From Candidatus Parcubacteria bacterium (GTDB lineage: Bacteria > Patescibacteriota > Patescibacteriia > Patescibacteriales > UBA12075), in the NCBI GenBank assembly GCA_002869165.1, contig PKTK01000003.1:84195-148194 (forward strand): a stretch of 64,000 bases of DNA. The letters are read 5' to 3'. The notes below the pieces were generated by a model that saw nothing but the letters and a program-made list of their open reading frames with translations, searched no databases and was not told the origin of the DNA. Numbering within the stretch: the first letter of the stretch is position 1; every line of letters starts with the position of its first letter. Both the position numbers and the translations under genes were made by a program. Of this stretch, positions 36,243-45,631 are shown in pieces.

Positions 36243-36276
36243 AAAAAAGTAGCGCTTATTTAAGTGCTACTTTTTA
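36243..36276. terminator. bidirectional intrinsic terminator between convergent cysC and the sugar transferase gene
   Basis: An A-run is followed by the AGTAGCGC-TTATTTAA-GTGCTACT hairpin (one G.U pair) and then a T-run. Confidence 0.65.
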
Positions 36277-36285
36277 TTTGTTAGA

Positions 36286-37656
36286 TTAGATTCCAGCTCT
36301 ACTTAATACGGTTGAAATAGTTTTGAGTATAATGCTGGTATCTAAGTATAGAGAGCGATTTTTTATGTAAAATAAATCATATTGTAATTTTTTCAAGGTG
36401 TCTTCCTCTGAGGGTGAGTGGTATTCACCTGATACCTGATCCCAACCAGTTAGGCCTGGTTTGACTAGTAGGCGCTCCTTATAAAATGGTACGCTTTTTT
36501 CCAGTCTCTCTATTATTTCTGGTCGTTCAGGTCTTGGCCCAATGAAGCTCATATCACCAAGTAAGATATTAATCACTTGAGGAATCTCATCAATGCGAGA
36601 CTTTCTCAAGAAGTTTCCTATTTTGGTGGTACGGCGATCATTCTTCTTGGCTGGTTCAGGATCCTCCGAGTTAATGGTTTTTTGGGTACGGAATTTTAGT
36701 ATCGAAAAAACCCTCCCGTCTTTACCTACTCGTTTTTGCATGAAAAAAACAGATTCTTTGTTTTCTATTTTTAAAAGAAGTCCGATCAAAGGCCAGAACA
36801 CAGCTGTGCTTATTAAGATAAAAGAAGCAATAGCCACATCATATATTCTCTTTATTGTGTCGTAAGTATTTTTACTACCTTCGGATAAATTTTCCAGAAA
36901 CCAACTCTCTGAAATTGCTTCAATCGGCACCTTACCAGTAATTTGTTCATAAAAATTGCTGAAGTTTTGAAAATTGATTTTAAGTGGTAAACAGGAAAAA
37001 AGAATAGATCTGAGTTCTTTTGACTGACTTAGATCGCTTGAAGTTATAATGGTATTTATTTTCTCTTTTTTGATAGTTGCTTTGATTTTATAAATATTGC
37101 TTTGTACAGGAATGCCGTCTAGATAATAACCGGTATGATTGGAAAAAATTGTAGAAATTTCATAACCTAGATGAGGTTTTTGTCTGAGTGAACGAACCAG
37201 TTCTTGAACCTGGCTATTGTAGCCGATAAAAGCAATTCTTATTTTCGGTAAATAGGAATTGAGTGACCAGTTAAAAAATCTTCTCCAAAGAAGAAAAAGA
37301 CCAGTGAAAATAATCAAATAGATCACCAGGTTTCTTTTTGGAGCAATATCTATGTGAGAATTTAAGTAGAAAAAAACAGCTGATATTAAAATAGCAATAA
37401 ATATAGACTTGAATGATTTGCTGGTAAATTTTTCGTTATTAACGGCTAAATGTAAGTTATATAGATCATTAATGTAAAATATAATTATCCATGCTATATA
37501 AACAATAGAAAAATACCAAAAGTGCTTGAACCAGGTTTCGCTTCCGGGAATACTAAAATACCTCACTACTAAAGTGAGATAAAGAGATGAATATAATACT
37601 ATTATGTCGCCTAATATTAGTATTAATTTTTTATTTTTATGGTTGTTCATGGCCAA
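36286..37656 (-). CDS. polyprenyl glycosylphosphotransferase (WbaP/exopolysaccharide sugar transferase family), initiating enzyme
   Basis: The N-terminal half has several TM helices. The C-terminal bacterial sugar transferase domain has KRIYDVAIASFIL, FMQKRVGKDGRVFSILKFRT, DEIPQVINILLGDMSFIGPRPERPE and PGLTGWDQV. Confidence 0.9.
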   Translation of the reverse strand: MAMNNHKNKKLILILGDIIVLYSSLYLTLVVRYFSIPGSETWFKHFWYFSIVYIAWIIIFYINDLYNLHLAVNNEKFTSKSFKSIFIAILISAVFFYLNSHIDIAPKRNLVIYLIIFTGLFLLWRRFFNWSLNSYLPKIRIAFIGYNSQVQELVRSLRQKPHLGYEISTIFSNHTGYYLDGIPVQSNIYKIKATIKKEKINTIITSSDLSQSKELRSILFSCLPLKINFQNFSNFYEQITGKVPIEAISESWFLENLSEGSKNTYDTIKRIYDVAIASFILISTAVFWPLIGLLLKIENKESVFFMQKRVGKDGRVFSILKFRTQKTINSEDPEPAKKNDRRTTKIGNFLRKSRIDEIPQVINILLGDMSFIGPRPERPEIIERLEKSVPFYKERLLVKPGLTGWDQVSGEYHSPSEEDTLKKLQYDLFYIKNRSLYLDTSIILKTISTVLSRAGI

Positions 37657-37780
37657 ACCTTAGCATAAAATGAACAAAATGTCAATTACCTATAGCTTAA
37701 AACTCTGTAAAATAAGCTTAATTTATACTTTCTTTTATTTATTATTAATGATATAATTTATTATGTATTAGTGTTTTTAA

Positions 37781-38806
37781 ATGATTATGAAGGATAAAAT
37801 TGTGTGGCCATCTTTGGCAAACGAACAAATTATAAAATATTTGGAAAAAAGTATTTTAGAAAACAATCCGGAGGGATCTTATGTATTTTCTGGTCCAGAC
37901 AATATTGGTAAATCAACTGTTGCTAAAAGTTTTGCCCAGATATTACTTTGTAAGAACAAGGGTTTTTTACCCTGTGGAGTATGTGAATCATGTAGAAGAT
38001 TTACCATCAAGGATAATGAAGAGTATTTTAGTCATGGTGATTTTACTTTTGTAACCAGAGCCAAAGATAAAAAAAATATTAGTATTGAACAAATCAGAGA
38101 TTTTATCAGAGTGCTTAATATGAGTTCTTTTGCTGGAGGGTATAAGATTGGCGTTGTTAAACATGCAGAATTATTGAGCACAGAGGCGGCGAATGCTTTA
38201 CTTAAGACACTGGAAGAACCCAAAGAAAAAACCATAATTATTTTGATAAGCAGTGAGGCTGAACTTTTACCAACCACCATTCTCTCTAGGTGTAAGATTC
38301 TGTATTTTAAACCGGTTATGACTGAAAAAATTTATGACTATTTAGTAAAAGAAAGAAATGTTTCTCGGGAAAAGGCTCGTAATTTGTCTCGTTTAAGTCT
38401 AGGACGACCTGCTCTAGCTATTAAATTCTTGGAAGATGAGGAGTTTTATTATTTTTATAATAACAATGTAGAGGACTTTTTACATATTTGCGGTTCAGGA
38501 ATAAATGAGCGGCTAATGCTAGTAGAAGAATTAACTGGCAAAGAAAAGGGTCAAGCTGGCACTCGAATTGCTCATCGTGTCATAGAAATTTGGCAGGGAG
38601 TTTGTCGAGATTGGTTGTTGCTTCTTTTGGGGCAAAATAATTATGTCCAACATATTTATTTAGCTGACGAGATCAAGCATCAAGGAATCGAATATACAGA
38701 AGCAGAGATAGTTAGACTTTCAAAACTTCTTTCTCGAGCTCATTTATACCTAAAAGCCAATGTCAGCCCCAGGTTAGTGCTTGAAAATATCGTTTTAAAT
38801 TTTTAA
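37781..38806 (+). CDS. holB: DNA polymerase III delta-prime subunit
   Basis: It has a GPDNIGKST P-loop-like motif, a CGVCESCRRF zinc module, LLKTLEEP and SRCKILYF (sensor region). Confidence 0.8.
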   Translation: MIMKDKIVWPSLANEQIIKYLEKSILENNPEGSYVFSGPDNIGKSTVAKSFAQILLCKNKGFLPCGVCESCRRFTIKDNEEYFSHGDFTFVTRAKDKKNISIEQIRDFIRVLNMSSFAGGYKIGVVKHAELLSTEAANALLKTLEEPKEKTIIILISSEAELLPTTILSRCKILYFKPVMTEKIYDYLVKERNVSREKARNLSRLSLGRPALAIKFLEDEEFYYFYNNNVEDFLHICGSGINERLMLVEELTGKEKGQAGTRIAHRVIEIWQGVCRDWLLLLLGQNNYVQHIYLADEIKHQGIEYTEAEIVRLSKLLSRAHLYLKANVSPRLVLENIVLNF

Positions 38807-38815
38807 AATATTTTT

Positions 38816-39877
38816 ATGTTAAAGAATATAAAAACTTTTTCTTTATTAATGTTGGTAGCAATCTCAACTAGTGCATGTTTGCAAATCAATACAGGGTCAA
38901 GCAATGAATTGTTGCCTGATGGTGGTTTGTATATTTCTAGTGATGAAGGTATGAGTTGGCAACAAAAGACTGAGATATTGGAAACTGGTGGAGTGGCTAG
39001 GAATTTTTCCATGGCAGGAGCTGTGCAAATGTTCCAGGACCCGAATAATGCAGATACTTTGTATTATGGGACTTATGAAAATGGTCTTTTGTATAGCTAT
39101 GACAAGGGAGAAGGTTGGACTTTGGCCAAAAATTTAGGCAAAGGAACGGTATCAGGAATTGCAATTGACTATGATGATGTTTGTGTGGTTTATGCTGGCA
39201 TTGGAAATAAATTGTATAAAACTGAAGACTGTAACCGAACTTGGAAGGAAATTTTTACTGACAATACTTCGTATTCAGATATAACAGAGGTTATAACTGA
39301 TCATTTTAATAAAAACAATATTTACCTAGCTCTTTCAACTGGCGACTTAGTGAAAAGCACAGACAAAGGTAAGAGCTGGAAAACCTTGTATAGATTTGGC
39401 AAGAGAATCCATAGACTTTATCTGCACCCAGGAGATTCTAGGGTGATGTATGCCAATATCAATAATGATGGTATTTATCGAACTGACGATGGGGGTACAA
39501 GCTGGGAAGAAATCACTAAGGAAGTCAAGGATATGGGAGTAGGAACAAAGCTTATGGGAGTGGAAATGTTTGTTAATGACTTGAATTTATATTTTCTAGC
39601 AACTGATAGCGGTATTTTACGTTCGAATGATGGCGCTAAAACTTGGGAAGTATTGGAACTTCTTCCTGCTAACAAAAAAGCAGATATCAAGTCAATTGCG
39701 GTAAATCCACAAGATGTTAATAAAATTTTCTATGTAACATCCAATACTTTTTACAGAACTAGCGATGGAGGCAAAAATTGGTCACCAAAAAAAATAGGCA
39801 GTACTAGAGAAGCTAAGATACTAAAGATTGACAATAAAAATCCAGAAATATTATACTTAGCTATGTGGATTGAATAA
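38816..39877 (+). CDS. secreted/lipoprotein-like BNR (Asp-box) repeat beta-propeller protein
   Basis: An N-terminal hydrophobic segment ends ..AISTSAC. About seven S/T-x-D-x-G-x-x-W repeats follow: SSDEGMSW, STDKGKSW, TDDGGTSW, SNDGAKTW, TSDGGKNW and others. Confidence 0.65.
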   Translation: MLKNIKTFSLLMLVAISTSACLQINTGSSNELLPDGGLYISSDEGMSWQQKTEILETGGVARNFSMAGAVQMFQDPNNADTLYYGTYENGLLYSYDKGEGWTLAKNLGKGTVSGIAIDYDDVCVVYAGIGNKLYKTEDCNRTWKEIFTDNTSYSDITEVITDHFNKNNIYLALSTGDLVKSTDKGKSWKTLYRFGKRIHRLYLHPGDSRVMYANINNDGIYRTDDGGTSWEEITKEVKDMGVGTKLMGVEMFVNDLNLYFLATDSGILRSNDGAKTWEVLELLPANKKADIKSIAVNPQDVNKIFYVTSNTFYRTSDGGKNWSPKKIGSTREAKILKIDNKNPEILYLAMWIE

Positions 39878-39900
39878 AAATTAATAAATAAATTAAACAT

Positions 39901-40455
39901 ATGAATCAATACATTGAAGCACAAAAAGATGAATTTAGCTCAGCGCTTGAGTTTTTCAAAAAGGAGATCTCCAATCTTCGTACTGGTAGGGCAAATCCAA
40001 ATATTCTAGAGGGTGTACAGGCTGAAAGTTATGGTGTAAAAACTCCTTTGAACGGACTGGCTTCTATTACCGTGCCTGATGGACAAAGTATCTTAGTAGC
40101 TCCATGGGATAAAAATATTATCAAAGAAATAGAAAAAGCTATCGCTGATGCTGATTTAGGCTTCAGTATCGTAAATGAAGGAGAGAAAATTAGACTAACA
40201 GTTCCTAAAATGACTGAAGAGAATAGACTAGCTATAGTTAAGAAGCTTAATGAAAAAAATGAAGAAACTCGAATTAAATTTCGTAAAATTAGAGACGAGA
40301 TAAAGACAGCTATTGAAAAAGCAGAAAAAGACAAAGAAATCACTGAGGATGATAAATTTTTGTTTATCAAGGAGCTCGATGAAGAGGTGGTAAAGCAAAA
40401 TAGTGCCTTGAAGGATCTTCGAGATAAAAAAGAATCAGATATAATGACAATATAA
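39901..40455 (+). CDS. frr: ribosome recycling factor
   Basis: The 184-aa protein has LRTGRANPNILEGV, the ITVPDGQSILVAPWDK region and LTVPKMTEENR, all typical of RRF. Confidence 0.95.
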   Translation: MNQYIEAQKDEFSSALEFFKKEISNLRTGRANPNILEGVQAESYGVKTPLNGLASITVPDGQSILVAPWDKNIIKEIEKAIADADLGFSIVNEGEKIRLTVPKMTEENRLAIVKKLNEKNEETRIKFRKIRDEIKTAIEKAEKDKEITEDDKFLFIKELDEEVVKQNSALKDLRDKKESDIMTI

Positions 40456-40504
40456 TCTAGATTTAAGAATAATGAATTAAGATTTAAGATATGGACCTAA
40501 GCAG

Positions 40505-41653
40505 ATGCATGTCTTAACGGAAATTATGTTTATAACAATTATTACCTTTATATTAGTTTTGTCCCTTTTGGTCTTTGTACACGAATTAGGCCATTTTTGG
40601 GTAGCTAGGAAATTTGGTCTCAAACCAAAGGAATTTGGTTTTGGCTTTCCACCAAGAGCTTTTGGTTACTACAAGAACACAGAAGGAAAATGGAAGAAAG
40701 TTATTGGTACCAAGGATCCAGAAGACGCTAGTGATACTATATATTCTATAAATTGGTTACCTCTAGGAGGCTTTGTGAACTTAGAAGAAGATGAGGACAA
40801 AGGGGATGACCCTAATCATTTTTCCAATAAGCCAATTTATCAAAGAACCTTGATTTTGATAGCTGGTGTAAGTATGAATATAATTTTAGCTGCAGTGTTA
40901 ATTTCTGTTGGCTATATGATCGGACTTCCGCAGACTATTTCAGATTTAGGCACTGGAGCAAAGGTTAGTGATGTAAAGGTGCAGGTATTGGATGTAGCTA
41001 AAGATTCTCCTGCAGAAGCAGGTGGAGTGGAAGCTGGAGATGTGATATTGTCCTTAAATGGAATAGAAATAGACTGTAATCAGACAATCCAGGATTTATC
41101 AGATCAAAATGTGGACAATGAAGTTGTTTATAAGATTAAAAGAGCTGATAAAGAGATTGATCTAAGAATGACCCCTCAGATTATTGAGGAAACTGGGAGG
41201 GGAGGAATCGGTGTAAGTATTGCTGAAACAGGCATTGTTAGATATAGTTTTTTTAGAGCTATTTGGGAAGGTGTGAGGACTACTCTGATTATGACTTGGA
41301 TTATTATTATTGCTTTTTATGAATTGATAAAAGGTCTTGTAATCGGCAACGGTGTTAGTATCGAAGTGGGGGGGCCTGTAAGAATCGCTCAAATTACTGG
41401 TGATGCAGTGCGAATGGGATTTTCTTACTTAATTAATTTTTCAGCCCTACTCTCTATTAACTTGGCGATAATTAATGCTTTTCCTTTTCCAGCCCTTGAT
41501 GGTGGAAGAGTGGTATTTCTCTTGGTTGAAAAGATTCAAGGCCACCCCGTTAGCAAAAGAATTGAAACCGCTATTCATAGTATAGGGTTTGCTCTATTGA
41601 TGGTATTGATAGTCTTGGTAACTTATCAAGATATTGCTAGATTTTGGCAATAA
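40505..41653 (+). CDS. rseP: RIP site-2 metalloprotease (M50, RseP-type) with PDZ domain
   Basis: It has the HELGHF zinc motif in TM1, a central PDZ-like region (SPAEAGGVEAGDVILSLNG), and a C-terminal NAFPFPALDGG motif. Confidence 0.9.
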   Translation: MHVLTEIMFITIITFILVLSLLVFVHELGHFWVARKFGLKPKEFGFGFPPRAFGYYKNTEGKWKKVIGTKDPEDASDTIYSINWLPLGGFVNLEEDEDKGDDPNHFSNKPIYQRTLILIAGVSMNIILAAVLISVGYMIGLPQTISDLGTGAKVSDVKVQVLDVAKDSPAEAGGVEAGDVILSLNGIEIDCNQTIQDLSDQNVDNEVVYKIKRADKEIDLRMTPQIIEETGRGGIGVSIAETGIVRYSFFRAIWEGVRTTLIMTWIIIIAFYELIKGLVIGNGVSIEVGGPVRIAQITGDAVRMGFSYLINFSALLSINLAIINAFPFPALDGGRVVFLLVEKIQGHPVSKRIETAIHSIGFALLMVLIVLVTYQDIARFWQ

Positions 41654-41680
41654 TTATTTTTTAAAAATTAAAATAAATAT

Positions 41681-42004
41681 ATGCAAGTAAAAATTAAAGC
41701 AACAAAAATTGAATTGAATGACAAGATAAAAGATTATGTACAGGAAAAAATGGATATGCTTGAAAAATATTTAGGTTCGGTTACTGCAACTAATTGTGAC
41801 TTTGAAGTTGCCCAAGAACTAGGCGGACAGAACAAAGGGAAGATCTATCGTGCTGAACTGAATCTAAGCGTACCAGGAGAATTGCTTCGAGTCGAAAAAC
41901 AAGAAGCAGATCTGTTTAAGGCAATTGACAAAGTAAAAGATCACATGGCTAGAAGTATCAAGCGCTACAAAGAAAAAAGAATGGATAAAAAAAGAAAAGG
42001 CTAA
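41681..42004 (+). CDS. hpf: ribosome hibernation factor (short HPF/RaiA family)
   Basis: The 107-aa protein has ..ELNDKIKDYVQEKMDMLEKY.. and ..AELNLSVPGELLRVEKQEADLFKAIDKV.., typical of sigma-54 modulation/HPF proteins. Confidence 0.85.
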   Translation: MQVKIKATKIELNDKIKDYVQEKMDMLEKYLGSVTATNCDFEVAQELGGQNKGKIYRAELNLSVPGELLRVEKQEADLFKAIDKVKDHMARSIKRYKEKRMDKKRKG

Positions 42005-42041
42005 AAGTAGTAAGTAATTTTAATTTAGATATACAAAAAAT

Positions 42042-42068
42042 ATCAGGCTGTTTTGTCTGATTTTTTTT
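42042..42068 (+). terminator. intrinsic terminator after hpf
   Basis: ATCAGGC-TGTTTT-GTCTGAT is a 7-bp stem with one G.U pair, followed by eight T. Confidence 0.6.
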
Positions 42069-42085
42069 AAAATTTTTAGGGTATT

Positions 42086-42124
42086 CTATAGTGTCCTCTA
42101 TAGTGGTAACTATAGTGTCACTAT
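42086..42124. repeat. 12-bp-periodic direct repeats CTATAGTG (three full copies plus a partial copy)
   Basis: The copies are CTATAGTGTCCT, CTATAGTGGTAA, CTATAGTGTCAC and TAT. They start at 42086, 42098 and 42110. Confidence 0.7.
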
Positions 42125-42185
42125 TTAAAAAACATAATAATTTAATGTATTTATTTGATTTTTTTTAATATTAGTACTATACTTA

Positions 42186-42219
42186 AAAACACGAAATAGA
42201 TTTATTTTCGTGTTTTTTT
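42186..42219 (+). terminator. hairpin plus T-run (terminator or attenuator) upstream of secA
   Basis: AAAACACGAAA-TAGATTTAT-TTTCGTGTTTT is an 11-bp stem followed by further T residues. A TTGATT-17-TATACT promoter-like pair (42155-42183) abuts it. Confidence 0.5.
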
Positions 42220-42294
42220 ATTGAATATTATATTAACAAGTCATAGGGATTGATAGTGAAAATTTTCTTAGTGTTAGCTTAGGTTAGTATTGAC

Positions 42295-42337
42295 GGGATT
42301 GCCACGCTCCGCTTCGCTTCACTCGCAATGACAAAAA
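42295..42337. repeat. GC-rich palindromic repeat unit, family copy 3
   Basis: GGGATTGCCACGCTCCGCTTCGCTTCACTCGCAATGACAAAAA contains the exact 14-mer TCCGCTTCGCTTCA shared with 141-154 and the ..TGACAAA cap. It ends 5 nt before the secA ATG at 42343. Confidence 0.6.
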
Positions 42338-42342
42338 TGTAT

Positions 42343-45129
42343 ATGAGTTTTTTAGACAAAATTTTTGGTGACCCGAATGAAAAAGTAATTAAATCATATG
42401 AGCCAATTATTAATAAAATTAATAATTTTGGATCTCAAATGGAAGCTTTGAGTGATAGTGAGCTAAAAGCAAAAACCGAAGAATTTAAAAAAAGAATTAA
42501 AGAAGCTAAAGATAGAGATTTAATATTGGAAGAAGTGCTACCAGAAGCTTTTGCAGTTATTAGAGAAGCTGCTAGCCGTGTTTTGGACATGAAACATTAT
42601 GATGTTCAGATGGTTGGTGGAATAGTTTTGCATCGAGGAAGTATTGCAGAGATGAAAACTGGAGAGGGTAAGACCTTTGTAGCTACCTTGCCACTTTATT
42701 TGAATGCTTTAACAGAAGAGGGTGTTCAACTTATTACAGTGAATGATTATTTATCTAGAGTGGGTGCAGGTTGGATGGCTCCAGTCTATTCATTTTTAGG
42801 TTTAAGCACAGCTGTAATCGTTCATGACTCTGCTTTGGTTTATGATCCCGGATATGTAGATGACACACAATATGACGAAAGACTAAAGAATTTTCGCAAG
42901 GTGGATCGTAAGGAAGCTTATGCATGTGATATTTTGTATGGCACTAACAATGAATTTGGGTTTGATTATTTACGTGATAATATGGCACCTAGCTTGGAAA
43001 GAAAAGTGCAAAGAGCTCTTAGTTATGCAATTGTTGATGAGATTGACTCTATTTTGATAGATGAGGCTAGAACCCCATTGATCATATCTGCTCCTGCACA
43101 GGATTCAACTGATAAATATTTTACTTTTGCTGGACTTGTAAATCAACTCGAGGAAGATCGGCACTATAACATTGATGAAAAAATGAGAGCAGCTACTTTA
43201 ACTGAAGAGGGTATTGCCAAGATGGAAAAATTACTTGGAGTTGAAAATATCTATACTAGCGGTGGAATTAGAGAAGTACATCATATTGAACAAGCCCTCA
43301 AAGCAAAGACATTGTTTTTGAAAGACAGGGATTATGTGGTTAAAGATGGTGAAGTTGTGATAATTGATGAGTTTACCGGACGTATGATGCATGGTAGAAG
43401 GTATTCAGAGGGATTACACCAAGCGATTGAAGCCAAAGAAGGTGTAAAAGTGCAGAAAGAATCTCAAACCTATGCTTCAATTACTTTTCAAAATTATTTT
43501 CGTATGTATAAGAAGCTTGCTGGTATGACCGGTACAGCAGCCACTGAGGCTGAGGAATTCGCCAAGATTTATAATTTGGATACAGTTATTATCCCAACTA
43601 ATAAACCAAATATTAGGAAAGATGAAAATGATTTGATATATAGGAATGAAGAAGGGAAGTTTAAGGCCGTAATAGAGGAGATAAAAAAAAGAAGTCAAAA
43701 TGGTCAACCTGTCTTGGTTGGTACTATTTCGATTGAAAAAAACGAGCTTCTATCAAGAATGATGGAGCGAGAGGGTTTAAAACCACAACTTTTAAATGCT
43801 AAGAACCACGAAAAAGAAGCCAAAATTATAGCCCAAGCCGGTAAAAAAGGGGCAATTACAATTGCTACGAATATGGCTGGTAGAGGAGTTGATATTATTT
43901 TGGGAGGCAATCCTCCAAGTCCAGAGGAGCAAAAAGCAGTTAGAGAGGCTGGTGGTCTGCATGTGATTGGCACAGAAAGACATGAGTCTAGGCGGATAGA
44001 CAATCAGCTTCGTGGTAGAGCAGGCAGACAGGGAGATCCAGGCTCTTCTCAGTTTTTTGTTTCCATGGAGGATGATTTGATGAGGATTTTTGGTGGAGAT
44101 AGAATGAAAAATATCATGACAACACTAAATGTCCCTGAGGATATGCCGATTGAGAACAAGCTTATTTCTAGGTCCATTGAATCAGCCCAAAAAAAAGTAG
44201 AGGGAAATAATTTTGATATCAGAAAACACTTTGTTGATTTTGATGATGTTATCAATAAACATAGGATGGCAATTTACACCAAGAGGGACGAAGTTTTACA
44301 AACAGCCAAAGATGCAACAGAAGAAGAGGGAGATGATGAAAAACTAGAAACTAAATTATCAGAGATGATTTTTGAAATGATTGAAACAGAGATTGAGCAC
44401 GTTGTTAGTTTTCATACTAGCGATGAAAGAATTGATAAATGGGATATTAATGAAATATTACAAGTAGCTGGCACGATATTTCCAGTTGGTTCAAAAATAA
44501 AAGATGCAACTGAAGATTTAACTAAAGAACATGAAAAATTAGACAAAGTAAATGTACGAACTAAAATAATAGAGTATCTAAGTGAGCAAGCTAGAACTGC
44601 CTATCAAAACATGCTTCTAAATGCAAAGGAATTAGGAATTAAGTGGATTGAGATTGAAAAAGCCGTGATGATAAGATCAATAGATACATTGTGGGTAGAA
44701 CATTTGGATGCCATGTCTTCTGTTAGGCAAGGGATAGGTTTAAGAGGTTATGGGCAAAGAGATCCATTGATTGAATACAAAAAAGAAGCTTTTAGATTGT
44801 TTAATGAACTTAATAGTCTTATTCAAAAAGAAGTAGTTTATTCTATATTTAAAGTTGGTTCAGCTCAAACTGAAGCGGGACAAGCACAAAGAAACTTTGC
44901 TAGTTTTTCTTCGCCAGGAATAGCTGATAAGGCAACTAATTTTTCAGCTCCACAAAAAACTATTAGCACATCAAATTCATCCTTTTCTGCGTTTGAAAAA
45001 ACTGGAGCCGGAAAAGAGAACAAGGATACAATAAGACAAAAAGCAATTGATGCTCAGGGTAATAAAGTAGGACGCAATGATCCTTGTCCTTGTGGGTCCG
45101 GGAAAAAATATAAAAAGTGTTGCGGATAA
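42343..45129 (+). CDS. secA: preprotein translocase ATPase SecA
   Basis: It has MSFLDKIFGDPNEK.., the Walker A motif MKTGEGKT, the DEAD-like VDEIDSILIDEARTPLIIS, and the C-terminal zinc finger CPCGSGKKYKKCCG. The track start at 42328 lies inside the repeat, so either start is possible. Confidence 0.95.
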   Translation: MSFLDKIFGDPNEKVIKSYEPIINKINNFGSQMEALSDSELKAKTEEFKKRIKEAKDRDLILEEVLPEAFAVIREAASRVLDMKHYDVQMVGGIVLHRGSIAEMKTGEGKTFVATLPLYLNALTEEGVQLITVNDYLSRVGAGWMAPVYSFLGLSTAVIVHDSALVYDPGYVDDTQYDERLKNFRKVDRKEAYACDILYGTNNEFGFDYLRDNMAPSLERKVQRALSYAIVDEIDSILIDEARTPLIISAPAQDSTDKYFTFAGLVNQLEEDRHYNIDEKMRAATLTEEGIAKMEKLLGVENIYTSGGIREVHHIEQALKAKTLFLKDRDYVVKDGEVVIIDEFTGRMMHGRRYSEGLHQAIEAKEGVKVQKESQTYASITFQNYFRMYKKLAGMTGTAATEAEEFAKIYNLDTVIIPTNKPNIRKDENDLIYRNEEGKFKAVIEEIKKRSQNGQPVLVGTISIEKNELLSRMMEREGLKPQLLNAKNHEKEAKIIAQAGKKGAITIATNMAGRGVDIILGGNPPSPEEQKAVREAGGLHVIGTERHESRRIDNQLRGRAGRQGDPGSSQFFVSMEDDLMRIFGGDRMKNIMTTLNVPEDMPIENKLISRSIESAQKKVEGNNFDIRKHFVDFDDVINKHRMAIYTKRDEVLQTAKDATEEEGDDEKLETKLSEMIFEMIETEIEHVVSFHTSDERIDKWDINEILQVAGTIFPVGSKIKDATEDLTKEHEKLDKVNVRTKIIEYLSEQARTAYQNMLLNAKELGIKWIEIEKAVMIRSIDTLWVEHLDAMSSVRQGIGLRGYGQRDPLIEYKKEAFRLFNELNSLIQKEVVYSIFKVGSAQTEAGQAQRNFASFSSPGIADKATNFSAPQKTISTSNSSFSAFEKTGAGKENKDTIRQKAIDAQGNKVGRNDPCPCGSGKKYKKCCG

Positions 45130-45152
45130 ATTGTTCTGTATAGGAGGATGAA

Positions 45153-45437
45153 ATGAAAATTTTTAGGTTTTTGCTTTTTATTGTCATTTTTCTTTGTTTT
45201 CAAACTTGTTTTGCCTGGGACATTAGATCAGTTAATGTGGCAAAACATCAAATAAGTCGAATTGAACTTATTTGCAAAAACACCAAAACAAAAGAAACAA
45301 AGAGAATAGTTTTGAATGGCACAGAAAGCAATTCTATTGTTCGTGCTAAAATTGGAAAAGGAGAGTGGAAAATCAATACCATTATTTATTTTAAAGATGG
45401 TAAAAAAGAAAGCTCAACGAAGAAATATCATTTTTGA
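45153..45437 (+). CDS. small secreted hypothetical protein (94 aa)
   Basis: A strong AGGAGG lies 5 nt upstream of the ATG. A signal-peptide-like N-terminus (MKIFRFLLFIVIFLCFQTCFA) is followed by a Lys-rich mature part. Confidence 0.6.
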   Translation: MKIFRFLLFIVIFLCFQTCFAWDIRSVNVAKHQISRIELICKNTKTKETKRIVLNGTESNSIVRAKIGKGEWKINTIIYFKDGKKESSTKKYHF

Positions 45438-45450
45438 TGGAGGTAAGAAA

Positions 45451-45591
45451 ATGTTTGATTTTGTTGGAAGGGCAATGAGGTTGAACTATGATTACTTGAT
45501 GGAGTTTTCTCAAAAAAAACAAAAACAAGAACCAAAAGGCAAAGTGATTACTTTTGAATCCTTAAAATTAACCCAGGCTTTAAAGGTATAA
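45451..45591 (+). CDS. small hypothetical protein (46 aa)
   Basis: GGAGGT lies 7 nt upstream of the ATG at 45451. This is a shorter reading of track ORF 45316-45591, whose 5' part overlaps the previous gene. Confidence 0.4.
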   Translation: MFDFVGRAMRLNYDYLMEFSQKKQKQEPKGKVITFESLKLTQALKV

Positions 45592-45631
45592 AAGTCCAAA
45601 AAGGTAAATAAAAAATGTTTAGAATATTTTG

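Noticed and set aside
1-37656. The glycan island as a mobile genomic island.
   Set aside because: I found no integrase, transposase, tRNA attachment site or flanking direct repeats. The composition looks like the rest of the window. The GC-rich repeat units at 79-173 and 35232-35399 roughly bracket much of it, but that alone does not show mobility.
45316-45450. Long form (91 aa) of the second small ORF downstream of secA.
   Set aside because: Its 5' part overlaps 45153-45437 in another frame and lacks a ribosome-binding site. The ATG at 45451 is preceded by GGAGGT, so the 46-aa form is preferred, and even that call has low confidence.
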